A DNA stretch of 64,000 nt from Vicugna vicugna (GCA_013265495.1 MU058065.1:248001-312000); one strand, 5' to 3'; positions 11,512 through 24,805 are shown, counted from the first letter of the stretch. Made by a program: numbers and translations. The notes: generated from the letters alone by a model not told the origin.

Positions 11512-12052
11512 TTTTTTTTGTCGGTTACACTGTGTCAGTTTCTGGTGTGCAGCACAATGTCCCAGACATGCATATACACACATATATTCGTTTTCATATT
11601 CTTTTTTTCATTAAAGGTTAATACAAGATATTGAATATCACTTCCTGTGCTATACAGAAAAAACTTTTTTAAAGCATATTTTTATATATAGTGGCTAACA
11701 TTTGCAAATCTCAAACTCCTAAATTTACCCCATTCCACCCCCTTTCCCTGGTAACCATGTCTCTCATTACTGTGTCTGCAAGTCTGTTTCTGTTTTGTAG
11801 ATGATTTCACAGTGTCCTGTTTTTTCTTAGATTGTGCATATGAGTGCTATCATATGGTATTTTTCCTTCTCTTTCTGGCTTACTTCACTTAGAATGATGA
11901 TCTCCAGGTCCAACCATGTTGCTGCAAATGGCATTTATTTTATTCTTTTTTATGACTGAGTAGTATTCCATTGTATAAATATACAACAGCTTCTTTATCC
12001 AGTCATCTGTCAGTGGACATTTGGGTTACTTCCATGTCTTGGCTATTGTATA
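11512..12052 (-). mobile_element. L1 3' end, young (camelid-type) subfamily
   Basis: 'gtcagtttctggtgtgcagcacaatgtccc', 'ttctggcttacttcacttagaatgatgatctccaggtccaaccatgttgctgcaaatggcatt'. Confidence 0.85.
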
Positions 12053-12617
12053 GACTAACATATGCATTTCTTGACCACTGTCTATTAGTATCTGATTGGG
12101 GCACTGTGTTGTTAAATGAAGTATCTCATGTTAAAGAGAACTACCTAAATCAGAGAAGATTCCAAGCATAGCAGGAGAGAATTCCTTATTGTTTTTTAAT
12201 CATGCATCTCACAACTGAATGAGGACCTCAGGTGTGGTGCTGCTACCTCTCTCACCCGTGTTTCTTCCCCAAGCTCCCTGATCTCTGTCCAGCCCTGGGC
12301 AGCATAACGCCAGCTGTAAGAATTTCCTCTGAAAGGAAACGCAATCATAGTTTTTCTCCAAGAGACCCTACTCTTGTATGGTAAATTTTTGTGGTGTTGG
12401 GAGAGACATCTCTTTGCAAACAGAAGATGCCTAAATGGCTAAGAGTTATTAATTCTTCACATTTGTCCTCATTTTGTTAGGAATTGGTTCTCTGAGGTCT
12501 TGTAATGTCTTCAATGATAGAGTGATAGCCACTGAGACCATAACTTTGTCTTTCATGGAAGGCAAATAAATCCAAAATGATTTAGAAATAAAGATGGATA
12601 TGTAAACTGCTTCACAT

Positions 12618-13070
12618 GTCCATCAACAAATGACTGGCTGAAGAAAATGTACATACACACATGCATACAATGGAATACTACTTAGCCATAAAAAGAATAA
12701 AATAATGCCATTTGCAGCAACATGGATGGAACTGGAGATCATTATTCTAAATGAAGTAAGCCAGAAAGAGAAAGAAAAATGCCATAGGATATTGCTTATG
12801 TGTGGAATCTGAAAAAAAGGACACAAATGAACTTAGCTACAAAACAGAAACAGACTCACAGACATAGAGAACAAATTTATGGCTACCAGGGAGTAAAGGG
12901 GATGGGAAGGGATAAATTGCACCTCTTGAGGTATTATGGAAATGTTAGCTGTCTTGATTGTGGTTTCATGGGTGTGCATACATCTATCAAAATTCATCAA
13001 ATTGTACATCTGAAGTATGTGTAGTTTATGGTACAGGAATCAGACCACAATCAGGGTGTTAAAAATATTA
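12618..13070 (+). mobile_element. L1 3' UTR fragment joined to an older L1M 3' end
   Basis: 'aataatgccatttgcagcaacatggatggaactggagatcattattctaaatgaagtaagccagaaagag' up to about 12915, then 'cttgattgtggtttcatgggtgtgcatacatctatcaaaattcatcaaattgtaca'. Confidence 0.8.
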
Positions 13071-13829
13071 GAAAAGTAAGCTGCTTCATGTATGAGATTA
13101 CTATCTGTTAGCCAGATGGAAATCAGATGCCTCCTGGTTTGCAGTTACTTTCTTTGTAAATAAAAATGATCTTTTGACCAAGAAGGTTATACTTTTTTTT
13201 TTTTTTGCTAGTTTTCACCTAGCAGTGGGTTTTGTAGCCTGGCTAATGATCTCTTCTAACAATGTGTTAATTGGACATTTTGTTCCCTTGGATATTAGAA
13301 ACAGGACAGAACGTGATGAAAATCAGGTTCAAATCCATACCTTGCCTTTTACCGGCTAACTGGCTTTGGGCTGTCGCTTTATCACTGTGGTCCCCCGTTT
13401 TCCCATTTGTCTAGTTCTGTTATGGATCCAATGAGATGACAGGTGCCCTATACTCTGTCTAGCTTCCTATAGTCAAAAAATTAATAAACCTAATTAGGCC
13501 GTAGGACCGTGAGAGTGGGCCTTTCATTTACCTCTCTAGCATGTATGCTTGTACACTCAGTAAACATTAGTCAAAAGGATGAAGACTATAAACTGGAAGA
13601 ATAAATGAAAGTTTTAACACGTCCCCATGAGTTCACTTCGCGTGGGGTTGTACCTGTGTGGTACCTTCCATCTCTCCTCTTCTGGGCTGAGAACTAAAAT
13701 GGGAAAGACGGATCAAGTCAGCACTCTCCCACGACTCTCTGAGTTATTCCAGCATCAGTTTTTATCTGTTTGCTTGTTCCTCCCTTCACCCCGGCATCTG
13801 CTACACGTGTAGGCTGTAATGATACTCTC

Positions 13830-13980
13830 TGTGGCCTTGCTTCCTGAGACCAGCAGCATCTGAGAACTCGTTAGAGATGAAGAATCCTGGGCCCCACCCT
13901 GGCTTTACTGACTCAGGATCTGTGTCTTCACAAGATCCAGATGACCCCCGAGAACGTTAACCCCTGGGCGGCCCTGCTGT
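13830..13980. mobile_element. MER5A-like hAT-Charlie MITE
   Basis: 'gaccagcagcatctgagaactcgttaga...gggccccaccc...actgactcaggatctg...acaagatcc'. Confidence 0.65.
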
Positions 13981-14249
13981 AGGAATGAAGGAGATCCGTT
14001 TGGTATCTTCTAGGTGCTGACAATTTAATTGGGAAGGCAAAAATATGCACAGATCTCAGACTACAAGCCTTGGTGTGCACGAAACATGACTTTATTTCCC
14101 CTGTAACTCAGTTTAATTCCTGTATCCAGCTCCATGCGGCTGGCCTGGTGGGAACTCCATCTCAAACAACATAGAGCTTCCTTCCCTTTCTCCTGGGGCG
14201 ATTAGCAAGCTTTGGGGATGAGGGGTGATCAGTTCATTAGTCACCTGTG

Positions 14250-15500
14250 CTTTGGGGTGTCCTCTGAGATTCCCGTGGGCTGCGTTTGTCCCTGTTCTCC
14301 TGCAGATGCGGTGTCTTACTCCCTTCTTCTTGTGGGCCATTTAGGCTTTAGTGCCTGAAGGTCGCTGAGGTTGACGCCGTGCGGGGACACGGACATTTCA
14401 GCGGGGCTCCCAGGCCCGGCCCCGTGGGCTTGGACACAGCGCGCGGGCCTCTGCTGAAGAAGCAGAACAGGTGAAGAGAGTGCATGTGTGTGTGCATGTG
14501 TGTGCATGCGAGTGAGTGTGAGCCTGTGTGAGAGTGAGTGTCTGTGTGTGAGTGCGTGTGTGAGAGTGTGAGTGGGTGTTTGTGAGTGCTTGTGAGTGTG
14601 TATGTGTGTGAGTGTGAATGTATGAGTGTGTGTGCATGTGTGTGAGTGTGTGGATGTATATGTGAGTGTGTGTGTGCATGAGCGTGTGTGCACACGTGTG
14701 TGTCTTTCTTCTGAGCTCTCACTGGGCCTTTGCCCTTATTATTCTCTCTCTTCCTCTTACCTCGGCCCAGGAGACCTCTTTCCACCCTCGGGGCCATCCT
14801 TCCCTCTCTTGGGATTTGTCATTTCTCCCTCAGAGGCAGTAGCGTAATCTCTTAATGGGTTTAAGTTCTTGGAACCAGAAAGGCCGGCAGATTCGGACAC
14901 AACAATTCCCAGAGGCAAAGGCGCACTGAGCCTACGCTTTGCTTCTATGAGGGAAGGCGGGGGGACCTCCACGAGGTGAACTCAAATAAAAGAATGTCTC
15001 AGAAGTGTTATTTCGCTCCAGGAATGGAAGAATAAAGAGAGATTAGTTACAAAGTGAGACATAAGCCAGAGCCTGACTACATGGCAGCACATCAATGAGC
15101 AAATCAGTGGGGAAGAAGAAGGCACACAAGTCACCACCTTTCACCAATGAAGACTGAGTGCTCCTCTTTGAGGTGGGCTGAGGTGGGCACGCCCGGCTCT
15201 GCACGGCGCGACCTTCCAGGATGAATTCAAAGACGCCCTCTGCTCCAGGGTGGGCCCGGCAGGTGCTGTGGAAAGCGAGGCTGTGTCGCCCAGCTGGAGC
15301 GAGTCTTTCAAGGGCTGCGCGGCTGAGCCAGCTGGGGGGTTCCCGCTCCCTCCACAGACCACGTGGATGTTGCTCGGATGTTCTGCTCCTTTCTGTTCCC
15401 GGCACAGTCTGCTTCCGATGGACAACATCCAAAAGGCTGAAAGGTGTTGAGTACAGGAGTAAATAATGTGCTGTTTTGTTGATACGCCATCTCTGCCCTC
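14250..15500. promoter_or_regulatory. Second CpG-enriched unique region flanking the GT repeat (candidate enhancer)
   Basis: CpG clusters at 14360-14450 and 15185-15420, E-boxes CAGGTG/CAGCTG/CACGTG, no interspersed-repeat signature. Confidence 0.4.
14479..14703 (+). repeat. Degenerate (GT)n/(GTGA)n compound simple repeat, about 225 bp
   Basis: gtgtgtgtgcatgtgtgtgcatgcgagtgagtgtg... seen directly. Confidence 0.95.
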
Positions 15501-15974
15501 ACTGGGCAACTCCAAGCTTCAGTTTTCAGCGCAAACAAGGGTTTCTTTCTCTGTCTTTCTGTCTGTCTCTCTTTGCCTACCTGCTTCTTTCATTTTTGCC
15601 TCGTGAGACTGGATTGAATATTTTCCCACCTTGGTAGCTTCTCTGGTGATGGACCACTGGCCCACAGAATAACGGACCTCAGCCTGGGGCCTCATTAAGA
15701 CCACGTCCCAGGGTGCCCCGTAAGAAATCAAGTAACTGTCTCTTTTCCCTCCTTCAGCTTTCAGGTTCACTACATTCAGAGCATCTTCCTATGATAAGAA
15801 ATAATTAAGTTAAAAGGGAAAAGTTCTTCTGACTGGCTGACACTTGTAGGTAAAACAGCATTTAGGGGCAGGATTTGAAGGTTGTGGCAATGAGGCTGGG
15901 CCATTGTAAGAAATTTTAAGCTGGTACCAGGGACACTGGGCATACGAGTTGCTCTCACACGGAAGTCACTTTAC

Positions 15975-16165
15975 AGATTTTAAAGCACTTTTCTATATGT
16001 ATCTGTTAATTCATTTGGGCTTCACAACAACGTACAGAAATGGATAAGACAAAGTTTTACCGTTTTATAAATGAAGAGATTTGCAGCCAAGTGATTTGTC
16101 TAAGGTCATATAAGTAGTAAATGGTAGACCTGGAACTTTATTCCAAATCTCTGATTCCAATGCCT
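15975..16165 (-). mobile_element. MIR SINE
   Basis: 'ttttataaatgaagag...aagtgatttgtctaaggtcatataagtagtaaatggtagacctggaact'. Confidence 0.75.
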
Positions 16166-16761
16166 CCGATACACAGTGTTGACGAGGGTGGCACAGATTT
16201 ATTTCTTTGTTCAAGTCTTTACTGGATAAACTTATTTAAGTGGGTTGGCGCAACATACTGCTTTTGACTGGTTTAACATCCTTAAAATTCCAACCAATTG
16301 GCTTATATCAGAACTAGTACGCACATTTATTGATTTTGCCTTCTCATTACCTCTTACTGCTGACAACAAAACACTGATTTTCCTTTGAGGACCAGATCTT
16401 GCCTGTTCTCTGTAGATTTGGTGGGACAGTTCCCTGGCTCCTCACTGGCCGAGGGCTGAGAGGATTGCTTGGCTCTGTCTCAGAAATTTGAATCTTCAGC
16501 TGGTGATTTGACTTGATGGAAAAATGTTCTCCATTCTGATGGCAGAATTTCCCAGAGACTTTGAGGTTCTATTACCTATATCTTCGGAATCTAATCCTTT
16601 TGGAGGTCTGTATGATCAGATTTTTCTTTGATTTTATGAATTTCTTCAAACCTTTGCTACGAATTCCTTTTGTGATCAGGTGAGCCAGATTGACTTCAGT
16701 TGTTTACGCCCAAAGGTCTCTTACTTATGGAAGAAATAAAAAAGAGAAACAAGATGTTTCT

Positions 16762-17223
16762 TGTAGCAGGTTTCACTATTGTCAGATATTTTCCCTCCCT
16801 TCTCTCAGTTCCATGGAAGAAGTAAGCTTTCCCACTCCGCTGGTGTTGGACTTGGCCACATGACTGTCTTTGGCTTTCTCATGGGCAGACAGTACTTCTC
16901 CTCCCCTTGATTTTGGGTTTAGAATGTGATGTGATTAGCTTTGGCTCATGGGATAAGAGCAGGTGTGACTCAACAGAGGCTGGAAATGTTGTCTTCAGCT
17001 GTTGCCATGAAAAGAGCACTCCCAGTTTAGCCCACAGGTTCCAGAAGGTGGATGAGAAAAGCACAAAGTACAGAGTCACACAGCTGAGCTGGCCCTGCCT
17101 GGATCAGCAGATCCCCAGCCAATCCACAGATATGTGAACTAAATAAATGTTAATTTTTGCACCCCTCTGAGATCTTTTCCTGTTTGTTATGCAACATTTT
17201 TGTAGTAATAATGAATCTATATA
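16762..17223 (+). mobile_element. MaLR 5' LTR (MLT1H/I-like)
   Basis: Starts 'tgtagcagg', contains 'ggacttggccacatgactgtctttggc', ends 'aataaatgttaatttttgcacccctctgagatcttttcctgtttgttatgcaacattttt'. Confidence 0.75.
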
Positions 17224-18320
17224 GCATTTTGTACTAATAAGTGCTGTGCTGGCTGTAAGAAAAACCTGAAAGCTTTGGGATTGGGTGGTGGGTATAGGTT
17301 GGGAAAATGTTGAAGAAACTATTATAAAAACCTGAGAAATGATGGCTCACGTTCTACATCTCTGAAGCATTTGATATACCGCTCTTCTGTGAGAAACTAG
17401 AAGATAGAAAGGTAATCAATGAACCGTGGACTTGGCGAGATGGTTTTAATTAGAATGTTGAAGAATTTATTGCCTTCTTTTGGCTACATATGATGAACTC
17501 AGAAAATAACTAGCTGGTTTGAAACAGAATTTTGAGGAATGGTAGAGAACCCAGAACTTGCCGGTTTAGGGAAAAGTAAGTTTCTCACGCTACCTTCCCC
17601 ATTTGGAAATTTTCTTTTTTGTGATATCTTTGTCTGGTTTTGGTATCAGGGTGATGCTGGCCTTATAGAGTAAGTTCAGGAGTGCTTCTTCCTCTGCAGT
17701 TTTTTGGACTAATTTGAGAAGGATAGGTGTTAACTCTTCTGTAAATATTTGGTAGAATTCACCTGTGAAGCCATCTGGTCCTGGACTCTAGTTTGTTGGG
17801 AGTTCTTAAATTAATGATTCAATTTTGTTACTGATAATTGGGCTGTTCATGTTTTCTATTTCTTCCTGGTTCAGTCTTAGGAGATTGTATATTTCTAAGA
17901 ATTTGTTCATTTCTTCTAGGTTGTCTTATAATTGTTCACAGTAGTCTTTTATGATCCTTTGTATTTCTGTGGTGTCATTTAGTAAGAGGTTCTTCAGTGA
18001 AGGTACAGCCTGAGATTCTGGAGTTCAGGTGTGCCAGCATGACATGGTCTTGCACCCTGTCTTTGCTCCAAGGCTTAAGGCTTAAAGACCAAAAAGCAAA
18101 TGTTGGGCTGTAATGTCTTTTAAAAGACCCTTGAAAAAAATCAAATGGCAACTAAAACATCCTTTCAGTTGGATGTTAGAAAGTTTAAGGGTGTGTCCCC
18201 CAACAGCTCGATATTCCAAGACCAGTCATTAAGTCTAGAGAGAGAGGCATGTCTCAAAAATAATGATAGGGATGGCTTTTGGAATATGAAATAGACCACA
18301 ATAGTTAATAACATACAAGT
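17224..18320 (+). mobile_element. MLT1-int internal sequence, interrupted by an L1 fragment
   Basis: Begins directly after the LTR with 'attttgtactaataagtgctgtgctggctgtaagaaaaacctgaaa', and resumes after the L1 with 'gagagagaggcatgtctcaaaaa...gatggcttttgg'. Confidence 0.65.
17605..17977 (-). mobile_element. Isolated L1 ORF2 fragment (linker/RT N-terminal region)
   Basis: 'tttgtctggttttggtatcagggtgatgctggcctt...ggtagaattcacctgtgaagccatctggtcctggact' is antisense L1 ORF2 ([13 protein letters not shown]). Confidence 0.9.
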
Positions 18321-19144
18321 ACAGCACTTGTTTTTTCATTTCAAAAATAGTTTAACAATTATAAATGAAAACTTTCCTTTTATATACTCAAAATGTCTAA
18401 GCAACTAAAACCGAGATGTCTACCATGTGAAAATACGCTCTGAAACAATGTACAATAAAGAAACAGAAATTCTACTATAATGGAATGTAAATTAGAATGA
18501 AATGTCAGGTATTTCCCTTCCCTGCCAGGAGTGAGTTGAGATTATTATTGCCATCAATGGACTATGAACACACAAAGGTTTACAATAATACAAGGCAAGT
18601 ATCAGTGACTCAGGGAGAAATTCACAAGGCAGAAGATAAATATCAAGAAACAAATTCAGAGCAGGAAGTTCAGAATTAGAGACAGATGAAACAACACTTC
18701 TAGGGAGATCTTTGAAACTGAAGACATATCACTGAAAAACAAAGACGACCAAAATCAAAGTTGCCTAAAAATGGGTCTGTTATGCCTCGGGTTTCCTTTA
18801 GTGCATTTCATAACTTTCTCGTTCCAAATCACCACAATTTACCAAGTTAAAAATGGAATAATGTGCTAATAATTTAAAAAAACCCCAATAATTTTAAAAA
18901 TGAAAGAAGCCAGTTTGAACCTCTTTATTAACCAGTAAAAATTAGGACCAGCTTTCTGAAACCTTTATATGATATCGTTCAATGAAGTTGGCCCATTTTT
19001 AGCAGTGATAAAGACCTTTTTATCCTCTATTTTCTAAAACTTTCTTGGTTTTCTTTAGTGGAATCATTTCCTTGTTAAAAGGTAAGATCCAAGAATTAAG
19101 CACCACCATAAATGTCCTTTTCATAGCTGAGTCCCTAGAAATAC

Positions 19145-19325
19145 ATCATCAAATGTGATAGCCACTAGCCACGTGTGGCTATTAAAGTTAGAATGAAATA
19201 AAATACTTAGTTCATCAGTGATGTTCTCGTCACATTTCAGGTGCTCAATAGCCACATGAGACTGGTGGCTCCCATGCTAGGCTGTGCAGAAAATATTTCC
19301 ATCAACACAGAAAGCTCTTGAAAGA
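19145..19325 (-). mobile_element. MER3 hAT-Charlie MITE
   Basis: 'tagccactagccacgtgtggctatt...cacatttcaggtgctcaatagccacatgagactggtggct...atttccatcaacacagaaag'. Confidence 0.85.
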
Positions 19326-19890
19326 ATAATGTTGCCCAAGAATATAATACAGTGCCTTGCATATCATAGGTACTTGAAAAATATTTGTCAGCTAAAATTA
19401 TCAAAATTCATTGTAATTTTCAAAATCTTAGAAGAGTATGCAGATGATCTTACTATGCCAAGGGACTGTCATGTCTGAAGGACTGAGTACAGTCCTGGGA
19501 CACCATGACATTGCAAGTTTAGAGAGAAGGAAGCACAGAGGACTGAGAAAGAGCAGGTGAAGTAGGAGGAAAAACCCTGAGACCTGGCAGCCAAGTGAGG
19601 CAAGAGACCTAGGAGGAAGTTAGCTGCTGGTTAAAAGTTGCTCATAGGTTAAGTAAGATGAGGACTAGAAAGTAACCATTTCTGGCTCTATTTTTCTGAT
19701 AGTTTCCTGGTAACACAAACCACAAAGTGATATATTTACACTTCTCTTTTTTCATCAGATATGTCAGTACTGATCTCTGTTCTGAGGTAAAAGATTTTTC
19801 TTATACCCACTTGTTAAAAATCCTTTATAGGCTGTCTTACAGTATTTCGCTCACAATAACCTGCGTAACTCTATTCAGTGTGCTTATCTT

Positions 19891-20216
19891 TGTCTTAGTC
19901 TGTTCAGGCTGCTGTAACAATAGACCACAGACTGGGTGGCTTATAAACAACAGACATTTATTTCTCACGGTTCTGGATGCTGGGAAGTCCAAGCCCAGGG
20001 AACCAGCATGGCTGAGTTCTGGCAAAGCCCCTCTTCTGGACTGCAGACTGCTGACTCCGTGTATCCTCACATGGAGCTCTCCAGGGTCTCTTTTACAAGG
20101 GTCACTACCCTCATGACCGAGGCTCCTTCCAAAGGCCCCACCTCTTTACACCATCACCTTGGTCACTGGGTTTTCAACATACGAATTTGGGGGACACAAA
20201 CATTCAGATCATAGCA
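19891..20216 (-). mobile_element. MaLR solo LTR, MLT1A/MLT1A0-like
   Basis: 'tgtcttagtctgttcaggctgctgtaacaa...accacagactgggtggcttataaacaacag' through 'gggggacacaaacattcagatcatagca'. Confidence 0.9.
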
Positions 20217-22404
20217 CACTTGTATTTCAGTGTTTTTGATTCCTCGATTTTAGATGGTATTTATTTCTTCGAGTCCTCCCTGCCTAGCTTGAGAAAATGA
20301 GCCTCATCTCTGCCAGTCTCTTCTCTTCTGATTGTCGACTTCCGTCAGCTCTATTTCCTTTTACATTATTTAGGTTTTTAGCATTTACAGGCTGCTCTGT
20401 AAATGTAGTTGAGCTTAGCATGCTTTACCTCTGTCCATAGGTGGATTATAAAGATGTAAGAACAACAGGTAAAATTTATGATGCTGTAATAATTCCCCAT
20501 TGAACTGAGTATTGTGATTGCTAATTGGTCTGTTGGATTAAAAAGTCTGCTTACTTTGGGAAATCCTAAAAAAATGGAGCTTATCTTAAACATTATATTT
20601 TAACTTAAAATGTTTAAATATTTAAATATGCTTACTTGTTCATATTCTAATATAAGGTCGGGACACTTTCTTTGAGAATGTCTACTAATCATTGTAAGAG
20701 ATTTATAATATTTGAATTCCAACATCTCTTGGAAGCGGATCCTGCTTAGAACAGTAAATTTTAGGTCACTGTAATGCCAGATTCCATGAATGAATAATAT
20801 TGGTCAATAATTGACCTATTAAATGGCATGAAAAGAAAGTTTGTCTGAAAAACTCCTTTTGATGTATAATTATCACATTCCTAGAGGAAGCATTGTGTTA
20901 ATAACGTTAGAGTTGATTAAAGAAATGTTCATGCATATGTGAACAAAGCTAGTTACTGCTTTTATGCTATAAAACCCCCCATTTCTTGGCATTATTCATT
21001 GGCTAAGCAAGAACACAAATGACAAATAATACTAAAGCAATACAAATCCAAATTACCCACAAAATAATGGCATAGTTTATATGTGTATGGCACCTTCCTC
21101 TGCACGTGAAATTTCTTCTTTAGTTGTCCACCGCACTCCTCTGTGGGAGTTGAATCCTCTCCTCCCCTCGGGGCTCCAGAATTTCAGACTTTCCAACTGA
21201 AAACATAAGAAATTACTTTCACAAATGGTTAAATTGGGTTTTTGCTTTGCGCTACTCAAACGGGTTTCGGGGATAGATTCCAAGTTTGGCAGCCCTGATG
21301 TTCTGAGCTGTTTTCAAGTCTTCTTTTCTTAAAATAGCTTATTTTTCATCTCTGAGGTCAAAGTAATGATACTTGATAAGAACTTTCTTTTTAAATCAGT
21401 AAGTGTTAAGTATTAGGTCAGAAAATAAATTTATGAATCCTTCCAGAGTCTTGTTATTTATGGGTGATGACTTGGTGTAACCAGAAGAGCCCAGGTTTTT
21501 TTTTTTTTTTTTTGTATAAAAAATACTTGTGTTGCTAATACCTCGAGGTGTAGTTTGTTATCATTTTCTCATATTTGCTTTTAGCCTTTTTTTTAAATAG
21601 AAGAAATAAAATGTCCCTAGTTCTTTTAAATAAAATTCTACACATGCACACTAAGAACAAAGAACTATTTTGACAACATAGAGTTCTAAGAAAGAGAGGC
21701 TCAGATTAAACAAACAGTAAGTGCCCCTACATCTACTGCCAAAGGAACAATAGTGCTTGGGTGATGTTTTCCAGGCAACCCTACAGCATAAATCTTTAAT
21801 CCCACTGCCTTTCATGTGACATTTATATACAGAAAAAAAAAAACACAAAAAACTGTTTATAGAGCAACGAAATCTTTCCTTGTGTTCATTAGGGTTTATC
21901 AGGGCCGCCAGTGCTTCGTTTCTTACGATACAACTGCTCACAAGACGTCAGCAAATATTATCAAGATATGTTGCTTTCGTTCTTTGGAGTCTCACCAGAA
22001 CCAAATAAGGGACTGATGTACCCATAACAAAACAAGGTAACAAGGTCAATGGCAAGAAGACGGCGAAGCTCGCGCAGTCTCTGTTTGCAGATTCCAGGGT
22101 CTGAGCACGAGTGAATAGTTCTTTGATCAGACCAGAAGGGGAGACTTTCTCTTTACAGTATCCATAAATTTTGACTTAACTAATCTTCACAGGAAACCTA
22201 GGCAGGATAAATTTGAATTTACTTGAACAAAAGAAGCAGGGACAGATAAATCGGCATGGTATGTTAGAAAATCATCTGCCCAAGTTAGGGAATAGAATAT
22301 ATTTTGGAATCATAGATCTGGAAAAAGGCCATTGAGAATGATTTTCCCATTCATTGACTAAATTTACTGAAAACCAGTTTACGGAAACATGCAGCAAATT
22401 GTAT

Positions 22405-22885
22405 AAGGCACTTGATTGCAAATGATGAAATCCCAACTCAAATTAGATTTTGTAAAAAGAAGAATTGATTGACACATCTAACTAGAGAGTCAAAGAGATG
22501 CACTTACCTTGGGCCTCTTAGATATTCTTCCCTCGGCCTGGCTTTCTTCTCCTCCTCAGGAGGTGGCACGATGGACCCCAGATTTCCAGATGCATGTGGA
22601 CTTCAGTGTTCATGGTTATAGAGAAAGAGCAGCTGCTTCTCATGACAAAAGTCCTGGGGACATGATGATTGGCTCAGTTTGGGACAGGGGCCCATTGCTG
22701 GTCTAACCCCTGTACCCAGAGAAATGGGCTCAGTTCTATGAGTGACCCAGCCTGGGTCATGGCCACTTCTTCAATAGGAAGGTGGTATCAGTTTCACCTG
22801 CGCTATGTGGTCTGAGGCTTCTATAGGATGGTGGAGGGGTGACTCCCCAGAGGAAGGGATGCTGGCCAGACTGGAAGGATAGATG
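22405..22885 (-). mobile_element. MaLR LTR, MLT1K-like
   Basis: 'ttgcaaatgatgaaatcccaactcaaatt', 'tgattggctcagtttggg', 'cccagcctgggtcatggcca', 'actccccagaggaa'. Confidence 0.7.
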
Positions 22886-23786
22886 CCCAGTACCTGTCAT
22901 TGATAAGTTTAAGTAGAACATGAGATACATGAGTCCCAACTCCATATTTATTTCTTTTGACTGATTTTTACTTTCTATTGCCTGCCTAAATTAGTGTTTC
23001 TAGTCTAGAGATGGTGCATACGTGTGTAAGAGTGCAAAAATCAGTGTACATATCTGTGCTTGGATTTGGAAGGCTAAGTGTTAACAAAGGAGTAGGCTGA
23101 TGACCAGAAGGAGCCATCTCTTCGCTAAGACGTTCATAAAGGGATGATATAGACCAAAAATTAATTAAGAAAGTTTATCACTAAGGTTTGCTGCCTTCTC
23201 AAGATACTTATATGTGAATTACTGTAAAATGCAGCAGTGATCAGGCCTTTAAGACAATGTCTGTTGGGCAAACCAAAAAATGCACAGTTGGGGTAAGAAA
23301 CCTAGTGTCTGGAGTTTATCTGAAGCTTTTGAATGTAAAAAAGGAAAGTCATAAAACAAAACAAAACAAAACCCCAAACACTGGCTTGTGTTTTCATGAG
23401 AAGAATGGGTGCCTCCTCAGATTCATATCTCTTTTGCTGACAGTCCCAGCTGGAAGAAGGAAATTTAGCAAGTGAAATTTAACAAGTGAAAACTTTTTTA
23501 GTATTCTGGAAACTTGCAAACCTCAAAACAGATCTGTTATTATTTCTCAGCATTTATTCAATTGGGTCTACTTGAATGTCCTCATACTTCAGTTGGGTGA
23601 AAACAAAGAACAAAGGCTAAAGATTGCCGTGGGAATATTTCTGTTATAATATATTAAAGAGTCAATACATGTTTCATTTGAGCATGGCACCATCGCAGTC
23701 TGTGTGAGGCTATAGAAGAAAGAAGGCGTTCTGTCTTTGTTGTCAGGTGTCAGTAGATTTTTTGGTACATTTCCCTTTGCTCCAGA

Positions 23787-23972
23787 ATGGTGGTCCTCAG
23801 ACTGTAATGTACACCATAGTCACTTGGAAGTCTCATTAAAACCCGTGTTGCTTGGCCTCACCCCCAGTTTCTGACTCAGTAGGTCTGTGGTGGGCCCAAT
23901 AATCTGCACGTCTAGCAAGTTACTGTGTGATGCTGATGCTGTTCTTCTGGGACCACACTCGGAGAACCACTC
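23787..23972. mobile_element. MER5A hAT-Charlie MITE
   Basis: 'cacccccagtttctgactcagtaggtctgtggtgggccca...tgatgctgatgctg...ggaccacactcggagaaccact'. Confidence 0.85.
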
Positions 23973-24562
23973 CTCTGGATGAATCTCAAAGCTCGGCTCC
24001 GGATGAGTCATCATGATCCGTAGTTCCAGCTGAGAGGTGGGTTGAGGCTGCCCTGGGGGCATCATTAACCAGAGTTTCTAGTAGTGATGATGGTTTGAAT
24101 TAATGGCATAGTGCCAGTTCCAGGAGGAAACCTCTGTGAACACAGGACTCCAGTTCATGTGTGGGATAAAGTGGCAGAATCTGCCTGCTTGGGAAGATGG
24201 ACCACATAATAATTAGGCGGGTTGTCAGGTCTCTCACCAAATACTCTGGGTTTTAAAAGCAGAGTTCCAGGACTAGCTAGGAATTTAAGTGCCAATTAGG
24301 ACAGAACTCTGGTTGAAGAGCCTGGTGCATGTGATGGGGTCACAGGAAAGGCTGAAACTGGAGGCTGCAAGGATTCCCAAGAAGCTTATTTTGACTAGGC
24401 TTAGACCAAAAGGTCAGTCCTGGTCCCATGCGTGAGGGAGGCTGGTGCTGAGCCAATACTGTGCCAAGACATAGGATACAGATCAATCTATAGCTGAAGC
24501 TTGCCTGTTCAGTGCCTGCCAGGATCAGGACTAAGGCAGGCAAGGCCTATTTGGCAAGCTAT

Positions 24563-24805
24563 TTTGTTTCTCAAACTATTTTTGACCTTGACATACACTG
24601 AGAAATACAAATACATTACAAAATGGCATACACACACAAACACACACACATACATACATGCAACATGCAGGATATTCTAATCTGGTTTGTTCTATTTGTT
24701 CTATCATATTTTATTATTTCATGAAAATTAAAAAAAAAACTTGTTATCCAACAATTTTTTTATGACCCACTAATGGGCCGAGACCTATAGTTCAAAAACG
24801 TTCAC
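24563..24805. mobile_element. hAT-Charlie non-autonomous element (MER119-like)
   Basis: 'tgtttctcaaactatttttgacc...tgagaaatac' at one end and 'atgacccactaatgggccgagacctatagttcaaaaac' at the other. Confidence 0.6.

Noticed and set aside
14316..14847. His/Thr-rich and Val/Cys-rich ORFs up to 149 aa
   Set aside because: They are translations of the degenerate (GT)n repeat, with no evidence of coding.
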